DNA from: Chiloscyllium plagiosum | Lineage: Eukaryota | Reading direction: 5' to 3' | Length of the DNA: 64,000 nucleotides | NCBI RefSeq assembly: GCF_004010195.1 | Contig: NC_057734.1 | Span: 29,919,564 to 29,983,563, forward strand | Part shown: positions 50,545 through 62,635 of the stretch, piece by piece | Position numbering within the stretch: the stretch's first letter is position 1 | How the letters are laid out: the number at the start of each line of letters is the position of its first letter | The notes under the pieces: model-generated | Told to the model about the DNA's origin: nothing | Seen by the model: the letters and a program-made list of their open reading frames with translations, nothing else | Databases searched by the model: none | Translations under genes and position numbers: made by a program

Positions 50545-52995
50545 CTGGGAAGAAGTTGTCCTGGAAGTTCTCAACATCGACTCCAGACCCCATGAAGTCT
50601 TATGGCATCAGGTGAAACATGGGCAAGGAAACATCCTGCTGATTATCACATATTGTCCTCCCTCAGTTGATGAATCAGTACTTCTAGTGGGGGATTTCAA
50701 TGTCCAGCACCAAGAGTGGCTCAACAATAGCAGTATTGATTGATGGTCAGGCCCTAAAAGACACAGCTACTAGATTGGTCTGTGGCAAAGGAGAGGGAAC
50801 CAACAGTAGGGAAAAACATATTTGACCTCAACCATACAAATCTGCTAGCTGCAGCTGCATCTGTCCATGACTTTATCAGTAAGAGTGACCACTGCACAGT
50901 CCTTGTGGAGATGAAGTCATGCCTTCACATTGAGAATAACCTCTATTGTGTTATGTGGCACTATGACTGTGCTAAATTGGACTGACTTCAAACAGATATT
51001 GCAACTCAAGACTCAGTGAGCCATCAACAGCAGAATTGTACTCCAGCACAATCTGCAACATCCTGATGAAGGGCTTTTGCCCAGAATGTTTATTTTCCTG
51101 CTCCTCGGATGCTGCCTGACCTGCTGTGCTTTTCCAGCACCACTCTAATCTACCTTGCCAATCTGCAACTTCATGACCTGGGATATCTCCCATTCAACCA
51201 GTACCATTTAGCCAGGGAATGAATCCTGGTCCGATGGAGAGTGCATGACGGCATGACAGGAGCAGCACCTGGTATTCCTAAAAATGAAGTGTCAACCTGA
51301 TGAAGCTATGCCGAACGGCATAAGCAGAAAGCGACAGACAGGGTTAAACAATCCCACAACCAACAGATCAGTTTTATGCTCTGCAGTCCTGCCACATCCA
51401 GTCGTGATGGTGATAGTCAATTAAACAACTCACTGGAGGAGAAAATTTCACAATTATCATCAAAGATGGACAAGCCCAACAGAAATGCAAAAGACTGAAG
51501 CATTCACAGTAATATTTAGCCAGAAGTGCCAACTGTGTGATCCATCTTGGACTCCTCCACTGGTCCCCAGCATCACAGATACCAGTCTTCAGCCAATTCG
51601 ATTCGCTTCGTGTGATATCAAGAAATGGTTGGAGGCAACGGGTACTGCAAAGATGATGAGCCTCATCAACATTTTGACCATAATACTGAATACCTGTACT
51701 CCAAAATTTGCCAGTCCTTTAGCCAAGCTGTTCCAGTATAGTCATACCATTAACATTTACTCGACAACATGGAAAATTGTCCAGGCATCTCCTCTACAGA
51801 AAAAGCAGGACAAATCCAACCCAACCATTTGCTGCCCCATCAGTCTACCCTTGATCATCAGTGAAGTGATGGAAGGGCTCATCAACAGTGCTATCAAGCA
51901 GCACCTAATCAGCAGTAACCTGCTCAGTGATCAGAGGGGAGCATAACAGCCGTATTTGACTCGTGAGATTAAGGAGCCCTAGCAAAACGAATCAATGGGT
52001 ATCGTGGGCAAATTCTCCCCTCTGAGTCATACCTGGCACATAGGAAGAGGATTGTTGTAGTTGTCAGAGGTCAATCATCTCAGCTCCAGCACATTTCTGC
52101 AGGAGTTCCTCAGGGTAGTGCCATCAGCCAACCATCTTCAGCTGTTTCACTGACCTTCCGTCCATCTTAAGGTCAGAAGCAGAAATGTTCAATGATTGCA
52201 CAATGTTCAGCACCATTCATGACTCCTCAGAAAGTGAAGCAATCTATTTTCACTTGTAACAATATCCAGGCCTGGGCTGACCAGTAGCAAGTAACATTTA
52301 CAGCGTACAAATGCCAGGCAATGACCTTCTCCAATAAGAGACAATTTAACTGCCACCCCTTGGCATTCAATGGTGTTACCACCACCGAATGCCCCACTGT
52401 CAACATTCTCGTGTTACCAGTGACCAGAAACTCAACCGAAATTGCCATATAAATACATTGGCTACAAAGCAGGTCAGAGACTAGGAACACTGGTGAGAAA
52501 CCCACCTCTTGACTCAGCGAAGCCTGTCCATCATCTACAAGACACAAATCAGGAGTGTAATAGAATACTCCCACTTGCCTCCAACAACACTCAAGACGCT
52601 TGACACCGTCCAGGTTAAAAGTAGCTTGCTTGATATGGCACAAACATCCACTTGTTCCACCACTGATGTTCAGTAGCAGCAGTATGTACTATCTCTAAGA
52701 TGCACTGCAGAAATTCAAAGATCCTTGGACAGCACCTTCCAAACCCACAACCACTTCCATCTAGAAGGACAAGGGTAGCAGATAAATGACAGTACCACAA
52801 TTTGCAAGCTCCCTTTCAAGCCACTCACCATCCTGACTTGGAATATCCTGGAATTCTGTCTCTCAGGGCATTGTGGGTCTACTTACAGCACGTGGACTGC
52901 AGCAATTCGAGAAGGCAACTCATCAACACCTTCTCAAGGGCAAGTAGGGACAGGCAATAAATGCTGGCCAGCCAGCGATGTCCATGTTCCATAAG
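50545..52995 (+). mobile_element. Decayed LINE (CR1/L2 group) nested in older CR1 fragments (about 49380-53460)
   Basis: Endonuclease remnants LVGDFNV and SDH; RT remnants PLAKLFQYS, KKQDKSNP and AGVPQGS; 3' tail gggcaataaatgctggcc shared with local SINEs. Confidence 0.75.
51060..51158 (+). mobile_element. Family A pLTR fragment inserted in LINE
   Basis: CTGATGA AGGGC TTTT GCCC followed by a mutated GAAA; 11-bp TSD caatctgcaac at 51049-51059 and 51159-51169. Confidence 0.75.
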
Positions 52996-55779
52996 GGAGT
53001 AAAAGAAAAATCTCAGAAGTGGGCAAAGGGAGGACTACTGTAGGCATTCTAATTAAATAAGAGTATGAAATATTAGATATTGTCACATTATGCTTGATGA
53101 ACTACTGAAAGGACAACCATCCTTGAAAGTGGATAAATCAATGCTGGATGGATTATATGCCACCCTGTTAAAAGAAAATGAGGTAGGAAATAACATATGC
53201 TCTGTGAATCATTTTCCAGTCCTCATTTGTTACAGGTGATGTAAGAAAGGTTAGAGGAACAGGTCAAATAATTATAAGTCTGACTTCATTAATTTGAACA
53301 ATTTGCCCATCATTATGAAAGGATAAACTGTAATTTAGAAAGGCTGAGTTTAGGAGATTTAGAGATACAGAACACAAAAACAGGCATAAAATGCTAGGAA
53401 TGTATCAAACACTGGTTAGGCCACAGCTAGAATTGTGTCTACAGTTTTGATCACAGCATTACAGATTTGAAGACTTTTTCTAATCAGCACCCACCTGATG
53501 ATGAAACCTTCCTAAATTAAAATGTTATATTTCATAGTAACCAACAAGTTCTCAGTGAGCTTATCATGACTGCCTTGAAAAATTAATTCTACATTGTTTA
53601 TTTTGGTCAGCTTCATGTCTGTCATGACTATGAAACCCACTGCCACACATCAGCTTTTACAAGTCAATTTGAAAAAGCCACACAGGTAGTTTCTGTTTGC
53701 TCAACATGAAGCACACACTATTTGTACAAACACAGCCTGTCATCAAGTTGACCAAATCTAAGATGTAAACAGACATTCTGGAGTTTAAACAATTATATTG
53801 TGCAACTTGCCTGAAAGATTTTTTGTTTGTTCATGGAAAATGGGTGTTGACAAGGCCAGCATTTATTGTCCATTCTTAATTGCCCTGGAGAATTGGGTGG
53901 TGAGAGGCCTTCTTGAACCACTGTAGTCAAATTGGTGTCGATACGCCGCTAGTGCATAGGGAGGGAGTTCCACGATCTTGAGCTAGTTACATTAAAGCAA
54001 TGGTCATATATTTCCAAGTCGGGATGGTGCTGGTGATGTTTCCATGCACTTCCTGCCCTTGTCCTTCCAGTTGATAGTGATCATGCATTTGGAAGGTGCA
54101 GTTGGAGAAAGTGAACACTGAAGATTGTGATTAGAGTACCAATCAAGCAGGCTACTCTGTCTTGAGTGTCACTGAGTTCGCGTGTTATTGCAGCTTGACT
54201 CATCCAGGTAGTTGAAGTCACAGAGGAAGAGTTACTTGTCGCAAAAAGTCTAGCCTCTGATTTGCTTTGTAGCTTCAGTGTTTGCAAGGCTTGTCTAATT
54301 CAGCTTTTGGTAATCTCCAGGATGTTGGTAGTGGGAGATTTAATAATGATAATGCAATTATCTGAAGTTGTTGGACATGATTATTGTCTGTCACTTGTGT
54401 GGTGTGAATATTACTTACCTCTTATCAGGACGATGTCCAGCTCTTGCTGAATATTGGCTGAGATTGCTTCAGTATTTGAGGACTGGTGAATCATTTTGCA
54501 ATCATGAGCAAATGTTCCTGCTTCTGACTTCACAATGATGGGAAGGTCATTGGTGAAGCAGCTGAATGCATGCGACCCAGAGGAACTCCTGTACTAGTGT
54601 CCTGATAAGCTGTGATTTTATTTTTGACCCGATACATTAACTGTTTTTCTCACAGCAAAAGCTGCCAAACCTTTTAAGCATTTTTTTAAAAATTGTCATG
54701 GAAGGTTAGGCATGTCATCTTGAAATCAACATGGTCCTAAGAAAGCATTATTACCCTGCTCTCCCCAGGCCTTCCTTTCAAACTGACAAGCACGGTTGTG
54801 GCCTTGACAGACACAGTGGTATCTAGGAGCAACGCAACCAAGACACACTGTGTGAAATCTCTCAGAGTAAAATGTAATCTCTTAAAATACTGCTAAATTT
54901 GTTGTATTCAAATAGAAAAAGGTTAGGTTGAAGTGCTCATTATGTTTATTCCTAAAAATAAACGCAACAGAATCATCTCAATGCAGAAATCCTACGTTAA
55001 GATTGCTGGTAAATTAATTAAAATTGGCAGCTTTGATGTGCACCGTCATGGCAACAGGAGGCCAAAGTAGCAGTACTGGTGGTCATACAGTCAAGCTGCA
55101 GTTAAATGCAAGTACTTATTATCCAAAGCTGATGGCCATGTGAAAATAAAGATTCTGAAGAGAAGTTCGTCATAGTGGCACGTAGACCAAATACCCTGAT
55201 TATTATAGACAATATTTTGAGAGATTTGATGTGTGAATTCTGACTGGGTTATTTTGAAAACCAGAGTGTTTGCAAATTACCCAATCTCTCAGCTACAAAA
55301 TTCTGTTTGCGCATGATGGGAAAGTGGAAATTAGAAGGGCAAAATCTGGGCATGTTGTAAAGAAGAAAATCTTCAAAAACAAGAAACATAATTGAAAACT
55401 TTCATTCAAACAATTTACAAAATAATTAGCAATGCAGTCAGAACTTTCAACTTCAAGAAATCTTCTAGCTACTTAAGATGTTCAAAGGATCACCTCAAGG
55501 TACTGAGGCATATTATTTTGCAAGAGTGATCTCTTCCTGTCATGCTATTTTCATATAAACATTTATAATATCCTAATAAATTATCTGGTTGTGTTATCCC
55601 TGTATCGAATAATATCCTACAAGTTTTAAGAAGAAATTATCTAATGCATCAGTAAAATATTCAATCCATTGTAGGTGGTAAATCATTGCAGCAACTAAAA
55701 TGCCAACAAGTACCCCTTCAACCCAATATAAAGCATTAAGAGAGAAAATAAGACACTTCAAATTCGAGATAAAACACAA

Positions 55780-57773
55780 TATATGAAAATGACAAATTTA
55801 TTTAAATTTAAATAAATCATTCTGAGGCTACAGAAGAGTATATGCCATGAAAGCTTACAAACAGGTAAGCACTACATTTTCAACACCCAGCTTTGTGGCA
55901 TCATTTCTTAAAGCAATTAAAGCCTGGCTTTAAGTGCTACTTTACAAATTCCACTTGAGTGTACAATCAGAAGTATCTACCATTACCACTGAAGGATAAC
56001 AGTCACTTAGACAGGATGAGAAGACAAAAGAAAAACAGATCAGACCAGACTGTTCAAAGTAAATTTAGCAGCATTTTAACTTTAGTTCTAAACCCAGATG
56101 ATGTTACTTTGTGTATTCAACACATTCAACTGTGTGAAATTGAGCACCAGGATGAGGTGGATTTCTAATTTCAAGTCCAACATGGAAAAACTAAAGGTGG
56201 AAAAGTAAAGATGGTACTGTATTAACAAAGCAACTAATGTACTGATAAAGTGCAGTCTGTCATATGTTCTCACTAAAACAGTTTTTAATGTGAATTCGGT
56301 GTGGTTAGTCATATTATAAAAAAAGTTCTACTGTGCTCTAGCAGGCTTATAATATGGAATTTTTAGTCACTTTTGCTAAAAAGAATGCACAAATGATCCC
56401 AGAATTCAAAAGCACAGCATTGGTAAAATACCAAGCTGCAATTTGCAATAACAATCGGAACTATTATTTCCTGTTTGTTACAAGGATCAGTTGCTGTTAT
56501 GTTCTGAAAAATGGACCTTTCCTGCCTCTTGGTAGTGGGGAAAACGTTTGAAATCCAAATTGTGCTGCAATGATTTTTGTTTAACTCTTTAATGGCAGAA
56601 CAAAGAGGGGAACAAGAAAGAGTTTGCATAAAATGCTCTAAATGATTACCTTACAGCTCATCATTCTTAAATGATCTAACCATGAAGTTAATTTTCTAAA
56701 GTCAAATGGGAGAGAAAGCACTTGGTGTTTTTTTACCTGTATAACCACTGGCCCACAATTTTATTTTATATATATGCATATGTATTAAACACTGCTCATT
56801 AATAACAAAGTAACAAAATAGCTAAGAGTTAGCATAAGCTTCATACAAATGCTGTACTTGTAATTTTCTTTACATCTTTGAAAAATGCCTACAGCAATTG
56901 CTGCTTTTAAAAACAAAATTGGAAAACAAAACATCTCTATTCATGGTGGGCCAAGGAGCACTTAATATCTTTTAGGTAAGAGTGCTATATAGCTAGCAAT
57001 AGCGTTTTGTCCTCTTTATATACAAAGAGAAAAATAAAAAAAAAGTGCTTGCATGAAAAAATGAAATGACAAATGTCAAAGTATGCATTTAAAACACAAT
57101 CCCAGAAACCCGTATCATATCGTAACCAATGGCACCTATCTAGAACTTATTTCTTGACCTCCTCTAACCTTCATTCACATTTCAGAATCAGAGCAGAAAA
57201 AGGTTAATTCACCAAGCTCAAAATAAATCCTGTTCCAAATAGACAAAAATGTTTGAGCTTACCATACATTGTGTAAACAAAACTTAAAATATATAATTCC
57301 TTCAGTGCCCATCAGTTCACGGCAAATTAATTTTGCTGTAACTATAGGGCATTTATAATACTTGCTGTACACATGCCAAAAATCAATTTTCTTTTGTAAA
57401 TAAAAGGAACATAATTAACACTGATCTATTTTAAGATGTTATATATTCAATTAAGCCTGTAGAGGGAGTAGTGTGCTGATGTGACTGCTCGATAAAAATT
57501 TGCTTACCACTTCTGCAAGTCTAAGGCCTTTGGTTAATACAGTAATATACTGCACTGCCCACGCTATCCCAATCGCCACAAGCCACCATAAAATAAACTT
57601 CCAAACAGTTTTAAGTTATTTTATCCACATGTATCTCCATCCACCACATCCTGTTACAACTTCCAAGCAATACTGTGCATCAGTCCTCACTCAAGTGCAC
57701 AGTAACCAAAGTGCTTGGCTTCTTATGTACCATCCCATAAATGTGCGTGTTTGTGGGAGGAAAGGCATTGCCT
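55780..57773 (-). other. MTMR3: Probable long MTMR3 3'UTR
   Basis: About 2 kb of repeat-free AT-rich sequence after the stop; minus-strand AATAAA near 56760 and 55797; miRNA seed sites present. Confidence 0.55.
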
Positions 57774-57945
57774 TTAGTTTGAAGTAGCTGCAATGGGTTT
57801 CTCCAGTTCTATCTCCAGCGTGGACCCATTTGGCTGAAGGCTGCTGTAGCAGAATTTACAGACGCGGCTAGGCTCAAAAAGCTGTTGACTCGGCACTGGG
57901 ATCTTCTGGTTGCAACAACTTGAGCAAAACACATTCCCACAATTC
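57774..57945 (-). CDS. MTMR3: MTMR3 last coding exon (FYVE C-terminal half)
   Basis: ttcaaag|(R)NCGNVFCSSCCNQKIPVPSQQLFEPSRVCKFCYSSLQPNGSTLEIELEKPIAATSN*; closely matches the recalled MTMR3 C-terminus (...LELDKPIAATSN). Confidence 0.92.
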
Positions 57946-58419
57946 CTTTGAAGGAACAAATAAGCAGATCATTACTTTGCTTTTAATTAAGATCTCGTTT
58001 CATCTTTTTATATTAAACTTGCAAAAAATATTGGGTTCTTCATAGACAAATATTAATCAAACTCAACTCCAGTAGTAAACTTCAGTTTTTAACAATTATC
58101 AGTGAGGTTGCATGCACAAGGTTCACAGTTACTAAATGCTTACACGGACAGAAAAATTATTAAAGGTAAATGGGATTCATGAATATAATGGTAATCATTT
58201 CTTTCAAGCCCCCAGTAAAATACAAAAAGTATTTGTCTTCTGAGGATAATGAAAATAGAACCAGGAGAGGTAGTGGCAATGTCACTGGACCAGTAATCCA
58301 GAGAACCAAAACAATGCTCTGGGATATGGATTTGAATCTCAAAATGGCAGATGACAACATTTGAAGTCAATCAATAAATCTAGAATTAAAAGCTTGTTGA
58401 AGAGCTCTTGTAATGCAGC

Positions 58420-58451
58420 GGTGGTAGTGGTGGTGGTGGTGGTGGTGGTGG
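58420..58451. repeat. (GGT)n microsatellite within a SINE cluster (about 58265-58790)
   Basis: Direct read. Confidence 0.8.
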
Positions 58452-60515
58452 TCTTACTTCTGAGCCACATGGCCCTGGTTCAAGTCTCACTTGTTCCAGA
58501 GATGTGTAATAACATATAAACAGATTGATTAGAAAATTACATTAAAAGTTTGTCAAGGGTTTGTGTAGCATCATGACAGTGTCCCTATCTCAGGGCCAGG
58601 AGACCCAGGTTCAAGTTCTACCTGCTTCGGAAGTGTGTAATGACATCTCTGAACAGGTTGATTAGAACATATTAAAAGCTTGTTCATTGTCGTTAAAAAA
58701 AAATCTGGTTCACTTATGTCCCTTAGGATGTCCTTACCTGGTCTGACCTACATGTGACTCCAGATCCTCTTAAATGCCCTTGTTTAGCAAGCCTCTTAGG
58801 AAACTACACTGACCAACTGGCATTGACATGGACACTGTAAACATTAGTGACAAACCCAGCCCTGTATACTCTCTTTTTAAGTTCTCCTTAGTCACATCTA
58901 GGGGCTGGTGTCAGAATTGAGAAGGCTGTCCCACAGATTAGTCAAGCAACAACCTGACAATCATTCTTCCATAAAGATAGATAATTTCCCAGACATGACC
59001 ACCTTTGGTTATGGCCCATCCTACCAGCTGGACAGACCACCAGAAATGGGTATCCATGAGGCACTGTGGGCCATCAGCATCAGCAGAGTTTATCAATCAC
59101 AACATGTAAACTCATAGCCCAGCATATCCACACTCTACGATTACCATCAAACCAAGCTTGGTTCAAATCAAAGTGCAGCAAGGCATGTCAGGAATAGCAC
59201 TAGACATACTTAAAAATGAGTCGCAACATCATGAAGTTACAGCACAGGAGAATTTGCATGCTAAACACAAGCAGCAGGCAACAGACAGGATTAAGTGAAC
59301 TTACAACAAATAGATGACAAAGGGTCAGGGAGACTTTTCCCGAATGACAGTATATTTGGAAATTTGATTCAAGGTGACAATTCAACTGGTAAATTTTTTC
59401 AAATCTTGTTAAAGTTCCACTTAGAGTAAGAATCAGATTCTGACAGAGAACTAACAGACTTTTTGTTAAAATAGCCTAGTTAAATAGGCAACTGCTGACT
59501 GTGGCAGTTAGCAATCATGTGAAACACCTTTTTTGAATAGGGGCCTGATTAGGTGTTCATTACTGTAGCAAGAAAATAAACTGGAGTGTGACTCATCACA
59601 ATTCTGTATAAAAAAGGGATTTTAAAATGCACATACCAACAAGGAACGTGGCAATATGAGGAAAACTTGACTTGAGTGCGACAGGGCTTTTTGAGTATAC
59701 AGTATCTGGGAATTTAATGCTTGGGGAAAGATGTAGAGTCATAGAGATGTACAGCATGGAAACAGACTCTTCGGTCCAATCCGTCCATGCCAACCAGATA
59801 TCCCAGCCCAATCTAGTCCCACCTGCCAGCACCAGGCCCATATCCCTCCAAACCCTTCCTATTCATATACCCATCCAAATGCCTCTTAAATGTTGCAATT
59901 GTACCAGCCTCCACCACATCCTCTGGCAATGAATGAACAGTGTTCAGCAAAGGACCTCAGTGAATGTGCCCACATTTCTCCCCATTTTTAGCACTTCATT
60001 TCCAATTTTGTGTAGCAGTAGGTAATTCAGTCTCTGGTATTACTAGAAACTGCAAGTTTTGGCAATATTGTAAATATTGGACTGTACGTTTAAGGTGTGG
60101 ACCATATTTATGATAAATGATGTAATTAGCAATTACCAATTAACACATTAGAGATGGTAGGGTAGATCCGCTGCAGTTGTCGAATGTGAGAGCTTCTGGA
60201 TCCGGTCATGGTGAACAACAAATACATCTGCAGTAAGTAAGCTGCAAGCACTGTGACACACTAGGGAGGGGAATGTTTCCTGACACTTCATTCCAGGAGA
60301 TGATCATACTCCTAATAATTGGGTCTTCTGACTGGGTCAGTGGTCAGGGATACAAAGGCGAGGTAAGCAAGGGGTCCCACAGAATAACAGCCTTAGCCCT
60401 TGTGATTATTTGACAGCTTTATTGTTTTTCAGCTTTTTTGAATATTGAATAGGAGTGAGTACTGCAAGGTAGATGAACTCATTGGCCATGGCACTGTGGT
60501 ACAGGAAGGGTTGTC

Positions 60516-60690
60516 TGTGAGAGTGTGAGAGAGAGTGTGTGAGAGAGAGTGTGTGTGTGTGTGTGNNNNNNNNNNNNNNNNNNNNNNNNNNNNNNNNNNN
60601 NNNNNNNNNNNNNNNNNNNNNNNNNNNNNNNNNNNNNNNNNNNNNNGTGAGTGTGAGTGAGTGTGAGTGTGAGAGAGAGAGAGAGGGAGG
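60516..60690. repeat. (GA)n/(GT)n microsatellite spanning an 81-N assembly gap (60566-60646)
   Basis: Direct read. Confidence 0.9.
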
Positions 60691-61543
60691 GCTATGAACA
60701 AGTGAAGAGGAAAGGAGAGAGAATGCCATGAGAAAAGCAGAAGTAGTAGGGGACAGTACAGTGACAGAGAATTAACAATGTTCTCTGGAGCAAAAAAGTG
60801 AGGGCTTAGGTGGCGAGATTGTCTGCCCAGAGTTGAGGTGTGTGACCTCTGTTCTGGCTAAAAGACTTGCAGTGGGACGGGGAGGAGTCAATGGTCGTGG
60901 TCCATGTTAGTATCAATGACATATGTAGAACAAGAATAGAGGTTCTACTGAGAAGTTAGGTGCTAAATTTAAAAAAAAAACCTCAAAAGTAATAATCTTT
61001 GGATTACTATCTGAGCCATGTGCAAACTGTCATAGAAGGAATAAGATTAGAGAAGTGAACGTATGCTCAAAGACTGGTGTGGGAGAAGTGCGTTCTGGTT
61101 GATAGGGTCAACCAGCACTGTGAAATATGGGATCTGTACTGTTTGGATGGTCTTACACTTGAACTGTCCTGGGACTGGTGTTCTTGCATAACCAGGAAAC
61201 AGAGAGGGTTTTAAATTAAATTGTGGATGGTTTGGGGGAGGGAAAGGAGGATGATCAGGCTCAGGTAAATATAACAAATCAGACAATACAGTTGAGACAA
61301 GAGAGCAAACTCCTAATGTGGAATATGAAGGACAATAAAACTGGTAGGAAAGGTCAGAAACAAAAAAAAACACCGAAGAATAAATCAGTAGTCAAGACTA
61401 AATGCTACAAAACACAGAATAATAAAAAGCAAATACTCTTTTTTTAGCATTTGTAGTATTAATAACAAAGTGAATTGGTAGTGCACACTAAATGATCTGA
61501 TGGATATTACAAAGGTGTGTCTTGCACCATGACAAGATCGGGT

Positions 61544-61835
61544 TTAGATTAGATTAGATTACCTACAGCGTGGAAACAGGCCCTTCAGCCCAACCAGTCC
61601 ACACCAACCCTCCGAAGAGTAACCCACCCAGACCCATTTCCCTTTCACTAATGCACCTAACACTTTGGGCAATTTAGCATAGCCAATTCACCTGGCCTGC
61701 GGGAGGAAACCGGAGCACCCGGAGGAAACCCACGCATACACGGGGAGAACGTACCCAGTGCTCGAGGCTGGAATCGAACCTGGGACCTGGTGCTGTGAGG
61801 CAGCAGTGCTAACCACTGAGCCACCGTGCCACCCC
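61544..61835 (-). mobile_element. HE1/V-SINE-like SINE
   Basis: (agatt)n tail and reversed ggtggcacggtggctcagtggttagc head. Confidence 0.82.
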
Positions 61836-62227
61836 AATACTTCTGAATACTAATACTATATAGCAGTCAAGAAGAATAAGAATAGTTATATGAAGATATT
61901 TATATGAAGATGAAGCCATGTGGACGATCTCTTGCGAAAGTGATCTATAGGCCCCCATACAGCAACCTTGTTGTAGGAAGGATGTAGATGAAGACAAATT
62001 ATGCTTTTATGATCAAGGGACAGCAATGATTATGGGTGATCTTAATATAAATATAAACTAGAAAAATAGCTTCAATGAGTAAATAGAATGCTTTTAGATA
62101 GTTCCTTTAAGCAGCCTGTGTGGAAAAGACCAGGTGCTGTTCCTTTATCATACAAAGAGGGGATATTCACTGATGATTGCACAGTGTTCAGCTCCAGTCG
62201 CAACTCCTTAGATAATGAGGCAATCCA

Positions 62228-62635
62228 TCCTGAGCAAGCTCAATGCAAGCTGGAGGAACACCACCTGAGCACTTCACAGTTTCAGGAATTCAAGATCGAG
62301 TTCCACAACTTCAAAGTATGACCTCTGTCCTCCATTTTACTTATATTGCTCACACTTCTCCTGTCCTGTCTTGTTTTTGACTTGTTTACTGGATGCATTT
62401 TATCGTTTTTGCACCTTCGTTTACATCCGTTTTACACCCCTATTTTTCCTTTACCACAACTATCACTTCTTTTCTCTGCTGCTTTGGATACCCTCGCTCT
62501 ACTTGCCCCCACCTCTTTTGCTGGACTCAAAACATTAACACTTTCTTTCTTTGCAGGTGCTGCCAGACCTGCTGAGTTGCTCCAGCACTTAGTTTTTTTT
62601 TCAAATTCCAGCATCTGCAGTATTTTGCTTTTATC
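62228..62635 (+). mobile_element. Decayed Penelope 3' end
   Basis: QCKLEEHHL endonuclease-end remnant and ccagcatctgcagtattttgctt tail; a related fragment lies at 62879-62980. Confidence 0.55.
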
